NCBI GenBank assembly: GCA_963696495.1
Contig: CAVOKJ010000001.1
Span: forward strand, 155,467-219,466
DNA: 64,000 bases
Origin: an uncultured Acidimicrobiales bacterium
GTDB lineage: Bacteria; Actinomycetota; Acidimicrobiia; Acidimicrobiales; RAAP-2
Reading direction: 5' to 3'
This document shows positions 42,286 through 51,134 of this stretch, piece by piece. The notes below the pieces were generated by a model, which had not been told where the DNA came from, searched no databases, and saw only the letters and a list, made by a program, of their open reading frames with translations. A program made the position numbers and the translations under genes. The number at the start of each line of letters is the position of its first letter. Within the stretch, counting starts at the first letter, position 1.

Positions 42286-43161
42286 TCAGAGGGTGGCGGC
42301 CCGCTCCAGCACCGGCTGCAGGGCATCGAGCGAGGTGCGCACCTCGTCGGCGCCGAACGGCAGGAGCAGCGCGGCGACCGCATCGGCACCGGCCTCGGCG
42401 TACTCCTCGGCGATGTCCGCATCGAGCGGCTGGAAGTACGGGCACACGGTGATCCTCACGTCCTGGCGTGTCCGCCCCTGGTCGGCGAGCAACCGGTCGA
42501 GCGTCCCGAGCGGCTCGGCCAGCTCCGACGGCTTCCGGTTGAAGGTGTGCCACCCCTGGGCGGCCCGGGCCGTCCGGCGGAGGGCGGCGTCGCTCTCGCC
42601 GCCGATGTGGATGGGGGGATGCGGGTGCTGGACGGGCTTCGGGAACATCGAACAGGGATTGAGCGAGTAGAACTCCCCCTCGTAGGCGGAGGTCTCGTCG
42701 CACCACAGCGTGGTCAGGACCTCGAGGTACTCGTCGGTCCGCCGCCCGCGTCGGGGCCACGGCACGTTGAGCGCCTCGAACTCCTCCTCCAGCCATCCGA
42801 CGCCGATGCCCAGGTCGACCCGTCCGTTGGACAGCCAGTCGAGGGTGGAGACCTCCTTGGCGGTGTACACCGGGTTGCGCTGGGGGAGGAGCACCATCGC
42901 CGTGCCCAGCCGGACGTCCGTGGTGTGGGCGGCCAGGAACGACAGGGTGGACAGGGGTTCCAGCAGGCCCGTGCCGGGGGGCGTGGGGATGCGGCCGTCC
43001 TCGGCGTACGGATAGGACGAGTCGTACTGCTCGAACAGGACCACGTGCTCGCCGACCCAGATGGTCCCGATGCCGCGCTCCTCGGCCTCGCGGCCGATGA
43101 GGGCGAGCAGTTCCGGGGTGCTGAACGGGTTGGCGGTGGGTACCCACAGGTCGACGCGCAA
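42286..43161 (-). CDS. LLM-class, probably F420-dependent oxidoreductase
   Basis: IGTIWVGEHV...LGTAMVLLPQRNP...VDLGIGVGW is the LLM pattern. Confidence 0.8.
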   Translation of the reverse strand: MRVDLWVPTANPFSTPELLALIGREAEERGIGTIWVGEHVVLFEQYDSSYPYAEDGRIPTPPGTGLLEPLSTLSFLAAHTTDVRLGTAMVLLPQRNPVYTAKEVSTLDWLSNGRVDLGIGVGWLEEEFEALNVPWPRRGRRTDEYLEVLTTLWCDETSAYEGEFYSLNPCSMFPKPVQHPHPPIHIGGESDAALRRTARAAQGWHTFNRKPSELAEPLGTLDRLLADQGRTRQDVRITVCPYFQPLDADIAEEYAEAGADAVAALLLPFGADEVRTSLDALQPVLERAATL

Positions 43162-43191
43162 CGGTGGCTCCTTCGGCGGGTGTCGGGCCCG

Positions 43192-44625
43192 TCAGACGGG
43201 CGAGCCGGGGGCGGTGAGCGGCCAGGGGCGCTCCCGCTCGGCGAGGCGGGCGAGGTCCAACAGCAGCTGCTCCTCGTGGTGGCGGCCGATCACCTGCAGG
43301 CCGACGGGGAGCCCGTCGACCGTGCCGGCCGGGATGGCCACCGCCGGGTTGCCGGTGAGGTTGGCCGGGATGGTGAGGGCGGCGTTGTTGCCCACCGCCC
43401 GGTTGAAGCCGTACTCGGCGATGAGGTCGACGTGCCCGACGGTGGTGGGCATGGGGCCGCCGGCGCCGAAGGCCACGTCGGGGTTGGCGGCGGCGAACAC
43501 GAAGTCGGTCCGGTCGAAGACGTCGGCCATGGTCTCGTTGACCTCGATCCGGAACATCTCGGTCTTCCCGGCGGACTGCACGTCGAGGTGGTGGGTGGCC
43601 AGGTTCATGCCCAACTGGATCTCGGGGGTGAGGTCGTCGTTGCAGCCGGGATACCGGTCGCCGAGCGCACCGGCCAGCCCGATGAGGTTGGACATGGCCC
43701 ACTCCAGGCCTCCCTGGGGCAGTTGGACGGCGACGTCGACCCGGACCAGTCCGGCGCCGGCGATCAGCACCTCGGCCAGCTCGACCACCAGCGCGGCCGC
43801 CCTCGGCTCGACGATGGCCGACCCGAGGTCGACGGCGATCACCGCCCGCTTCCCGCTGAGGTCGAAGCTGTCGAGGCCGGCCTCCCAGCCGGCCACCCGG
43901 GGCAGGCTCAGAGTGTCGCGTGCATCCCAGCCGTTGCACACGTCGAACCACCGGGCCGTGTCCCGAACCGAGCGGGAGACGCACCCGACCACGACGGTCA
44001 GCGGTGGCTGGAGGACGGCCGGGCCCCTCGGGATGCGCCCGTAGGTCGACTTGAGGCCGAACAGGCCGGTGAACCCGGCGGGGATGCGGATCGAGCCGCC
44101 TCCGTCCCCCCCGCTGGCGATGGGCAGCAGGCCGCCGGCGACGGCGGCGGCCGAGCCACCCGAGGAGCCCCCCGGTGTGCGCTCGGGATCCCACGGGTTG
44201 AGCGTCGTCCCGTGCAGCCGGGTGCTGGTGAAGTTGATGCCACCGAACTCCGAGGCCGTGGTCTGGCCGGCCAGCACGGCGCCGGCGGCCCGGAGCCGGG
44301 CCACCTGGGTGGAGTCGTGGTCCGCCACGCGGTCGGCGAAGACCAGGGACGCTTCCGTGTACGGCCAGCCGGCGACCGTCTCGAGCTCCTTGATCCCCAG
44401 GGGCACCCCGCCGAAGGGCAGCGAGACGTCGGCGGCGGCGGCGGTGGCCCGGGCGGCGTCGGCGTCCAGATGACTGAAGGCATTGAGCCCCGAGGCGTCG
44501 ATGGCGGCCAGTGAGTTCTCGAGGGCCTCGAGTGGCGAGATCGTCCCGGCACGGAAGGCGTCGACGAGGGAGCAGGCGTCCCGGTCCCAGGGCTCGTCGG
44601 TCATGGTCCACGACGCTACCGGCAA
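43192..44625 (-). CDS. Amidase (amidase-signature family)
   Basis: GGSSGGSAAAVAGGLLPIASGGDGGGSIRIPA is the AS signature. Confidence 0.9.
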   Translation of the reverse strand: MPVASWTMTDEPWDRDACSLVDAFRAGTISPLEALENSLAAIDASGLNAFSHLDADAARATAAAADVSLPFGGVPLGIKELETVAGWPYTEASLVFADRVADHDSTQVARLRAAGAVLAGQTTASEFGGINFTSTRLHGTTLNPWDPERTPGGSSGGSAAAVAGGLLPIASGGDGGGSIRIPAGFTGLFGLKSTYGRIPRGPAVLQPPLTVVVGCVSRSVRDTARWFDVCNGWDARDTLSLPRVAGWEAGLDSFDLSGKRAVIAVDLGSAIVEPRAAALVVELAEVLIAGAGLVRVDVAVQLPQGGLEWAMSNLIGLAGALGDRYPGCNDDLTPEIQLGMNLATHHLDVQSAGKTEMFRIEVNETMADVFDRTDFVFAAANPDVAFGAGGPMPTTVGHVDLIAEYGFNRAVGNNAALTIPANLTGNPAVAIPAGTVDGLPVGLQVIGRHHEEQLLLDLARLAERERPWPLTAPGSPV

Positions 44626-44689
44626 TGGATCGGTCGGTGCCGGTGCGACCCCGCCCCCAGGGGGCGACCGTCGGGCCTAGCGTGGGGGC

Positions 44690-45520
44690 ATGAGCCACGA
44701 CGAGCAGACCGAGGATCCGGAGAGCCGGGCGGACGGCGAGGGAGGGGTCCCCCGTCATCCGTACACGCTGTCCATCGACATCGGTGGCACCGGGCTGAAG
44801 GCGTCGGTGCTCGACGCCGACGGGGCGATGGTGGCCGACCGGGTGAAGGTTCCGACGACCTACCCCCTGCCGCCCGAGAAGTTGGTGTCGACCCTGACCA
44901 AGCTGGCGGCACCCCTGCCCGCGGCCGAGCGGCTGGCGGTGGGCTTTCCGGGGATGGTTCGCGACGGCCACGTGCTCTCCGCACCGCACTTCTCGACCAA
45001 GAGCGGGCCCGGGAGCTCGGTGGACGAGGACCTGAAGCAGCTGTGGTGGCGATTCGACCTGGCGACGGCACTCACCGAGTCGTTCGGGCTGCCCACCAAG
45101 GTGGCCAACGACGCCGACATCCAGGGTGCGGCCGTGGTCACCGGGACCGGCCTGGAGCTGGCCATCACCCTCGGGACCGGCTTCGGGACCGGCCTGTTCT
45201 ACGAGGGGAAGCTCATGCCCCACCTCGAGGTCGCCCACCAGCCCTTCCGCAAGGGCGAGACCTACAACGAACAGCTGGGTGAGGCCGCCCGCAAGGACAT
45301 CGGTGAGGAGCGGTGGAACAAGCGGGTGCACAAGGCCATCACCAACCTCCGGGGGCTCCTGTTCTTCGACCACCTCTACATCGGGGGCGGCAACTCACGG
45401 CGGGTCAAGCGCGACGACCTCGACGACGACGTGACGATCGTCGACAACACCGCGGGGATCCTCGGCGGCATCAAGCTGTGGGAGTCGGACCACGTGGGGG
45501 TCAACCAACCGGCCGGCTGA
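44690..45520 (+). CDS. ppgK: ROK-family polyphosphate/ATP glucokinase-like protein
   Basis: LSIDIGGTGLKASV...GFPGMV...VANDADIQG...TLGTGFGTG resembles actinobacterial PpgK. Confidence 0.7.
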   Translation: MSHDEQTEDPESRADGEGGVPRHPYTLSIDIGGTGLKASVLDADGAMVADRVKVPTTYPLPPEKLVSTLTKLAAPLPAAERLAVGFPGMVRDGHVLSAPHFSTKSGPGSSVDEDLKQLWWRFDLATALTESFGLPTKVANDADIQGAAVVTGTGLELAITLGTGFGTGLFYEGKLMPHLEVAHQPFRKGETYNEQLGEAARKDIGEERWNKRVHKAITNLRGLLFFDHLYIGGGNSRRVKRDDLDDDVTIVDNTAGILGGIKLWESDHVGVNQPAG

Positions 45521-45530
45521 GGCACCACGG

Positions 45531-45571
45531 CCGGTGCGGCCGGTGCGGCCGGTGCGGCCGGTGCGGCCGGT
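45531..45571. repeat. Tandem 9-bp repeat (CCGGTGCGG) x4.5
   Basis: Read directly from the sequence. It lies in the 60-bp convergent gap between the ppgK-like and CHAD genes. Confidence 0.9.
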
Positions 45572-45580
45572 TCTGACCGG

Positions 45581-46663
45581 CTACGGGTGCCAGCTGCGCC
45601 AGCGCTGTTCGACCTCTTTGAGGTCGCGCTTCCATCCCTTGCGGGCCTCGGAGGCCGCCTCCCGCTGCACGGCGACCACCGCCTCGACCGGCTCCGCCAG
45701 CTCGGGTCGCTCCCGGGCCAGGGCCCGCAGCCACTCCATGGCGAACTTGGCGTCGTGGAGTTCGCCGAGCTTGGTCTGCAGGCGCTCGGCGGCCTTGGCC
45801 GTCTTGCGGGCCGGACCCCCCTCGACCAGCGCCACCGTCTCGCAGCCGTAGCGGAGGTCCTTGATCCTGACCCGCAACGTGTGGAGGTTGACGTCCGTCG
45901 GCTGCTTGCGGGCGGTGCGGGCCGCTCCCCGCATGTCGTGCCAGGCCCGCTGCACCATGGCCGGGAGCGCCTCGTTGGCCGACTGGCCCGCCCGGGCGGT
46001 GAAGTGCGGTCCGTCCCACAGCACCATCATCTGCTCGGTCAGCTGGAACCGGCGGGCCCCGCCCCGTTCGGCCCCGAGCCCGACGAGCACGTCGCCCTGG
46101 ATGGCGTCCACCACCGACTCGAGCCGGCTGAAGTTGGCCGGGCTCAGCACCTGGGGGCCGGTGTCGTGCAGGATCCCCTCGATGATGTGGAGGTCCCGTG
46201 ACTCGCCCAGCCGTCCGGCGTACCAGGCGAGCTCGGCCCGGAGGGCGGTGCCCCACTGCGGGTCGACGGCCAATCGGAACGTGCGCAGGGTCGAGCGGAT
46301 GCGCCGAAGGGCCACCCGGCTCTGGTGGATGCGCTCGATCTCCGAGGAGCGCCTCGCCGCCTTGTCCGCCCGGTCGTTGGCCGTCTGGGCCCACAGCGGC
46401 CGGTCGACCACCATGAGGCCGGGGGCGCTCACCGAGTGGTAGCGCCGGGTGCGGTCGACGAGCTCCTCGCTCATGTCGTTGAGGAGGAACGCCCGCGCCG
46501 AACGGGCGAGGACCCGGTGGAGCACCAGGCCGGCACTGGGGCCGGGCGTCCCGTTGGCCACGTAGAGGCCGACGTCGTGGCGGGTGGGCCCGTGGAAGAA
46601 GGGCCCCTCCACGGCGGCGGTCGAACCGCCCACACTCGTCACTGCTTCGCTCGTCATGCCCAT
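45581..46663 (-). CDS. CHAD-domain protein
   Basis: Helical, His/Arg-rich protein with VALRRIRSTLRTFR...YAGRLGESRDLH...LHTLRVRIKDLRY, the repeated CHAD helices. Confidence 0.7.
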   Translation of the reverse strand: MGMTSEAVTSVGGSTAAVEGPFFHGPTRHDVGLYVANGTPGPSAGLVLHRVLARSARAFLLNDMSEELVDRTRRYHSVSAPGLMVVDRPLWAQTANDRADKAARRSSEIERIHQSRVALRRIRSTLRTFRLAVDPQWGTALRAELAWYAGRLGESRDLHIIEGILHDTGPQVLSPANFSRLESVVDAIQGDVLVGLGAERGGARRFQLTEQMMVLWDGPHFTARAGQSANEALPAMVQRAWHDMRGAARTARKQPTDVNLHTLRVRIKDLRYGCETVALVEGGPARKTAKAAERLQTKLGELHDAKFAMEWLRALARERPELAEPVEAVVAVQREAASEARKGWKRDLKEVEQRWRSWHP

Positions 46664-46753
46664 GGCCTCCTGCCGACAGCCTACGAGCGCCGTGTGCCCC
46701 TGTCAGCGATCGGCACCCCGGAGCCGGCCGAGCCCGGCGTCTACTGTGGGGCG

Positions 46754-47698
46754 ATGTTCGCCGTGACCATCGTCGACGGGGCGCTGGAATGGCGTGAGCA
46801 CCCCGACCCCGTGGCCGGCCCCGGCGACATCCTGGTGTCGGTGGCGGCGGCCGGCCTCAACGCCGCCGACCTCATGCAGCGAAAGGGCCTCTACCCCGCA
46901 CCTCCCGGGGCGCCGCCCGACATCCCGGGCCTCGAGTTCGCCGGCGAGGTGGTGGCGCTCGGCCCCGGCACCGGCCGGTTCTCCGTCGGGGACCGCGTCA
47001 TGGCCATCACTGGGGGTGGCGGCCAGGGGGAGCTGGTGGTCGTTCCCGGGTCGACGGCCCTGGCGGTGCCCGACGGGATCCCCTGGGAGCAGGCCGGTGG
47101 GTTTCCCGAGGCGTTCTCGACCGCCTACGACGCACTGTTCACCCAGGCCGGCCTGGCCGTCGGCGAGCGGGTGCTCATCTCGGGAGCCGCCGGCGGCGTC
47201 GGCACGGCGGCGGTCCAGCTGGCCCGGGCGGCCGGGGCCCACGTGGTCGCCTCGGTCCGCTCGCCGGAGCGCCGCCACGAGGTAGCGGCCCTCGGGGCCG
47301 ACGAGGTCATCGAGCCCGACCGGGTGGCCGACCACGGACCCTACGACGTCTCCCTCGAGCTGGTCGGCGCGTCCGGGGTCACCGCCGTGCTCCCGTCGAT
47401 GGCCGTCGGGGGGAGAGTGGTGGTCATCGGCGTCGGGTCCGGCGCCAAGGTCGAGCTGAACCTCCTGGCCCTGATGGCCCGCCGGGCCACGCTCGGCGGG
47501 TCGATGCTCCGGTCGCGCACGGTGGAGGAGAAGTCGGCGGTGGCCCGGGCCGTCGAGGAGCACGCGGTGGCCCTGCTGGCCGACGGCAAGGTGACCGTGC
47601 CGGTGGCCGAGCGGTTCCCCATGGACGAGGCCGCCCCCGCCTACGAGCGGTTCACCGCCGGCGGCAAGCTCGGCAAGATCGTGCTGACCAACCGCTAG
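46754..47698 (+). CDS. NADPH:quinone oxidoreductase / zeta-crystallin-type MDR
   Basis: PGLEFAGEVV and the Rossmann motif ISGAAGGVGTAAVQLA. Confidence 0.85.
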   Translation: MFAVTIVDGALEWREHPDPVAGPGDILVSVAAAGLNAADLMQRKGLYPAPPGAPPDIPGLEFAGEVVALGPGTGRFSVGDRVMAITGGGGQGELVVVPGSTALAVPDGIPWEQAGGFPEAFSTAYDALFTQAGLAVGERVLISGAAGGVGTAAVQLARAAGAHVVASVRSPERRHEVAALGADEVIEPDRVADHGPYDVSLELVGASGVTAVLPSMAVGGRVVVIGVGSGAKVELNLLALMARRATLGGSMLRSRTVEEKSAVARAVEEHAVALLADGKVTVPVAERFPMDEAAPAYERFTAGGKLGKIVLTNR

Positions 47699-47741
47699 GG
47701 CCCCGACGCAGGCGCGGTGGCGGCGTCGGCGCGGGCCGCCG

Positions 47742-48941
47742 CTACCTCGAGACGATGACCGACGACCCGTGGCCGAAGAGGCCCTGGTTGGCGGTGATGC
47801 CCACCGTCGCCCCCTCCACCTGCCGGCCCGTGGCCCGGCCGCGGAGCTGCCACGCCAGCTCGCACACCTGGGCGATGGCCTGGGCGGGGATGGCCTCCCC
47901 GAAGCACGAGAGGCCACCGCTCGGGTTGACCGGTACCCGGCCGCCGATGGTGGTGTCGCCGTCGCGCAGCAGCCGCTCCGCCTCCCCCTCCTTGCACAGT
48001 CCGATGTCCTCGTACCAGTCGAGCTCGAGGGCGGAGGAGAGGTCGTACACCTCGGCCAGGTCGACGTCGTCGGGGGAGATGCCCGCCTCCTCGTAGGCGG
48101 CCAGGGCCACCGACTGCTTGAAGGTGGGTCCGACCGACGCGGCGGTGGCGGCCGAGTCGGTCGAGAAGTTGGGCATCTCGATCACCGTCTGGGGGAACCG
48201 GGGGGTGACAGTCGACACCGCGTCGATGGTGACCAGGTCGTCGGAGCCGGCGTGCCGCCGGGCGAAGTCCAGGCTGGAGAGCACCAGGGCGGCCCCGCCG
48301 TCGGAGGTGGCACAGATCTCGAGCAGGCGCAGCGGGTCGGCCACCATGGGGGAGCCCAGCACCTCCCCGGCGGTGACCTCCTTGCGGTAGCGGGCGTTCA
48401 CGTTGCCGAGACCGTGCCGGGCGTTCTTCACCTTGACGGCGGCGAAGTCGGCCTCGGTGGCTCCGAACAGCTCCATGCGCCGCCGGGCGTAGAGGGCGAA
48501 GTACGTCGGGTTGGTCGCCCCCATCAGGTGGAAGCGCAGCCAGTCCGGGTCGTCCCTCCGGTCCCCGCCGACCGGGGTGAAGAAGCCCTTCGGGGTGGTG
48601 TCGGCCCCCACCACCAGGGCCACGTCGCACAGCCCGGCGAGGATCTGGGCCCGGGCGTTGCTGATGGCCTGCGCCCCGGAGGCACACGCCGCATAGGCCG
48701 ACGAGACCCGGGCGCCGGTCCAGCCGAGGGCCTGGGCGAAGGTGGCGCCGGCCACGAAGCCCGGGTAGCCGTTGCGGATGGTGTCCGCCCCCGCCACGTA
48801 CTGGACGTCACGCCATTCCACGCCGGCCTCGGCCAGGGCATCGCCGGCCGCGGCCAGCCCGTACTCCACGAAGTTCCGGCCCCACTTGCCCCAGGGGTGC
48901 ATGCCGGCCCCGAGGACGGCGATGCGCTTGTCGTCAGGCAT
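47742..48941 (-). CDS. Thiolase-like lipid-transfer (SCP-x type) protein
   Basis: ATG 48941. AYAACASGAQAI (active-site Cys region) and C-terminal GLSCFGEAIPA. Confidence 0.85.
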   Translation of the reverse strand: MPDDKRIAVLGAGMHPWGKWGRNFVEYGLAAAGDALAEAGVEWRDVQYVAGADTIRNGYPGFVAGATFAQALGWTGARVSSAYAACASGAQAISNARAQILAGLCDVALVVGADTTPKGFFTPVGGDRRDDPDWLRFHLMGATNPTYFALYARRRMELFGATEADFAAVKVKNARHGLGNVNARYRKEVTAGEVLGSPMVADPLRLLEICATSDGGAALVLSSLDFARRHAGSDDLVTIDAVSTVTPRFPQTVIEMPNFSTDSAATAASVGPTFKQSVALAAYEEAGISPDDVDLAEVYDLSSALELDWYEDIGLCKEGEAERLLRDGDTTIGGRVPVNPSGGLSCFGEAIPAQAIAQVCELAWQLRGRATGRQVEGATVGITANQGLFGHGSSVIVSR

Positions 48942-49419
48942 TGGTCCGGGCCCTCCCCTCGGAACGGGTCCCGGCGGCGACGGCCGACCTTGGTCGCCAC
49001 TTCCACACCAGGTACTCGTTCTCGTCGTCCTCGTAGAGGGTGTCGAGCACCAGTTCGACCTCGTCACCGACCGAGAGGTCGTCCACCCCTACCCCGGGGA
49101 CGACCTGGCCCATGACCACCATCCGTTCGGCGGCGAGCTCGACGGCGGCGATGGCGAAGGGCACGTAGGGGTCGGCGGCCTCGTAGGGCTTGGGCGGCTG
49201 GTAGCAGGCGTCGGTGTACGACCAGACCGTGCCGGTCCGGCTCAGCGCTGTCTCGGTGAACCGGCGACCCTGGCACTCGGGGTTGCGGCAGAAGTAGGTC
49301 TCCTTGGGGAAGGCGAAGTTGCCGCAGGCGTCGCACCGGCTGCCGAGCAGGGCGGGGGAGTCCTCGTCGAGCGTGAACCATCCTTCGATTGCGGGCAGAC
49401 GGTTCTTGGGGGGTGGCAT
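48934..49419 (-). CDS. DUF35 Zn-ribbon/OB-fold protein (thiolase partner)
   Basis: Zn ribbon CDACGNFAFPKETYCRNPEC followed by an OB fold. 8-nt overlap with the thiolase gene. Confidence 0.85.
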   Translation of the reverse strand: MPPPKNRLPAIEGWFTLDEDSPALLGSRCDACGNFAFPKETYFCRNPECQGRRFTETALSRTGTVWSYTDACYQPPKPYEAADPYVPFAIAAVELAAERMVVMGQVVPGVGVDDLSVGDEVELVLDTLYEDDENEYLVWKWRPRSAVAAGTRSEGRARTNA

Positions 49420-49470
49420 CCCCGGATCCTAACGGGGCGCCCCGAACGGCGGGAACGGTGCCTGCAACAC

Positions 49471-50484
49471 CTAGGCGCGCGCCAGGCCGCCGATCCGGCC
49501 CAGCGGAGGGCCGGGACGGTCGGAGCCGTCGATGATGGCCTGGGCCATCTCCTCGATGAGGTCGAGGGAGTGGCGCCTCGGACACCACCCGAGCTCGTCG
49601 CGGGCGCGATCCGTCCGCAGGAGGGGCGATCGGCGGGCCAGGTCGAACCAGCCGGGCTCGGTCGGCTGCAGGTGGAGCCGCCAGCCGATGGCGAGCGCCG
49701 ATCTGGCCAACTTGGCATCGATGGGCATCCGATGGAGCCCGAAGTGCTCGGCGGCGGTGCCGGCATCGATGATCGAGTCGGCGGCGATGTTGTAGGCCCC
49801 GGTCACCGAGCCGAGGAGTGCCAGCCGGTAGGCCTCGGCCACGTCGTCGCTGTGGACGGCCTGGATCGACAGCCCCGGGACGTCCGGGACGGTCCTGAGC
49901 CGGGACACCGGTCCGAGCAGCACGGGGACCAGGCGCCCGAGGAAGAGCCGCCGGATCTCCGTGGCGGCAGTCGCCTTGAACGTCAACGAGGGTCGTAGCC
50001 GCACCACCCGGACGAAGGGGTGCCGCTCCTCGAAGTCGTCGAGCATCCGCTCCACCCGGACCTTCTGTCGCGAGTAGGTCGAGGTGGGAACGCCGCCGGT
50101 CGCCCAGGACTCGTCGACCGGAACCCCATCGGGGGCGGGCGAGTAGGCGCCCGCCGAAGAGGCGTACAGCAGCGCTCCGACCCCGGCCTTCGCCGCCGCC
50201 TCGAACACCCGGCCGGACCCGAGGACGTTGACCTCGTGGAGGAGGCGCCGGTTGCGGGTCGGCTGCAGCAGCCAGGCCAGGTGGACGACGGCGTCCGCTC
50301 CCCGGAAGTGCCGGGTGAGGTCGTCGACGGCGATGTCGGCACGGCGCCACTCGATGCCGTCGTCGCCGGCGTCGGGGAGCCGCCGGGCCAGGCCGATCAC
50401 GTGGTCGACGGACCGGTCGTCGCGCACGGCCGTGGCCACGCTGGTGCCGACGTTGCCGGTGGCGCCGACGATCACCACCCGCAC
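49471..50484 (-). CDS. NAD-dependent epimerase/dehydratase family (extended SDR)
   Basis: MRVVIVGATGNVG Rossmann motif and YSRQK (YxxxK). Confidence 0.85.
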   Translation of the reverse strand: MRVVIVGATGNVGTSVATAVRDDRSVDHVIGLARRLPDAGDDGIEWRRADIAVDDLTRHFRGADAVVHLAWLLQPTRNRRLLHEVNVLGSGRVFEAAAKAGVGALLYASSAGAYSPAPDGVPVDESWATGGVPTSTYSRQKVRVERMLDDFEERHPFVRVVRLRPSLTFKATAATEIRRLFLGRLVPVLLGPVSRLRTVPDVPGLSIQAVHSDDVAEAYRLALLGSVTGAYNIAADSIIDAGTAAEHFGLHRMPIDAKLARSALAIGWRLHLQPTEPGWFDLARRSPLLRTDRARDELGWCPRRHSLDLIEEMAQAIIDGSDRPGPPLGRIGGLARA

Positions 50485-50554
50485 CGGGCCACCCCCTGAT
50501 GCACCGACCCGTCCGTGGCCGCCGGCACCCGGACCACGTGAACCCCGGGGCCGC

Positions 50555-50833
50555 TCATCGCCCGTGGGGACCGATGGGGGGAGGCGGCCGGTCCTCCAGG
50601 CGGTCCCAGAGCCGGACGCGCCGACTGGCCCGGCTCAGCGCGTCGAGGGCCGGGCGGCGCTCCCCGCCCTTGCCGATCAGCCGCCGGCGGAAGAGATCGA
50701 ACCCCGCCAGACCCTGGAGGCCGCGCACGATGTCCGCCCTGGCCGCCTCGCGGACGGCAACGAGGAGGTCGATGGCGTCACCTTCGACTGCGGCCGGCAC
50801 GACGGGCACATACCCCCGTCCCCGTCGTTCCAA
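50555..50833 (-). CDS. Hypothetical small protein (start may be an internal GTG)
   Basis: Called only from strongly G/C-biased third codon positions in this frame. No family recognised. Confidence 0.35.
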   Translation of the reverse strand: MERRGRGYVPVVPAAVEGDAIDLLVAVREAARADIVRGLQGLAGFDLFRRRLIGKGGERRPALDALSRASRRVRLWDRLEDRPPPPIGPHGR

Positions 50834-50848
50834 CCGGGCGGTGCCCGG

Positions 50849-51070
50849 TCAGGACCGGCCCGACACCTCGTCGGCGTATTGGGCGATCCGCTCCGCCCGG
50901 AGGGAGAAACCGGCGTCGATGAGCACCTTGCGCAGGCTGTCCCGCTCCCGGCGCAGATGGTCGATCTCGGCCCTGAGGTGCTCGACGACCGGGGCGCTGC
51001 GCTCCGGCTCACGAGCGGACGGGTACCGGTGCTCGGGGCCTTGTTGCGCCACCGGATGCATGAGGACCAT
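50849..51070 (-). CDS. Hypothetical small coiled-coil protein (73 aa)
   Basis: High GC3 and heptad-like HLRAEIDHLRRERDSLRKVL. Sits between the acyl-CoA synthetase and downstream genes on the same strand. Confidence 0.4.
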   Translation of the reverse strand: MVLMHPVAQQGPEHRYPSAREPERSAPVVEHLRAEIDHLRRERDSLRKVLIDAGFSLRAERIAQYADEVSGRS

Positions 51071-51134
51071 GTCGTAACCATCGTGACGATCGGACCAGAG
51101 CTTGAGGTGTGCAGGGCCTCGGTGCGGCGGGGGG

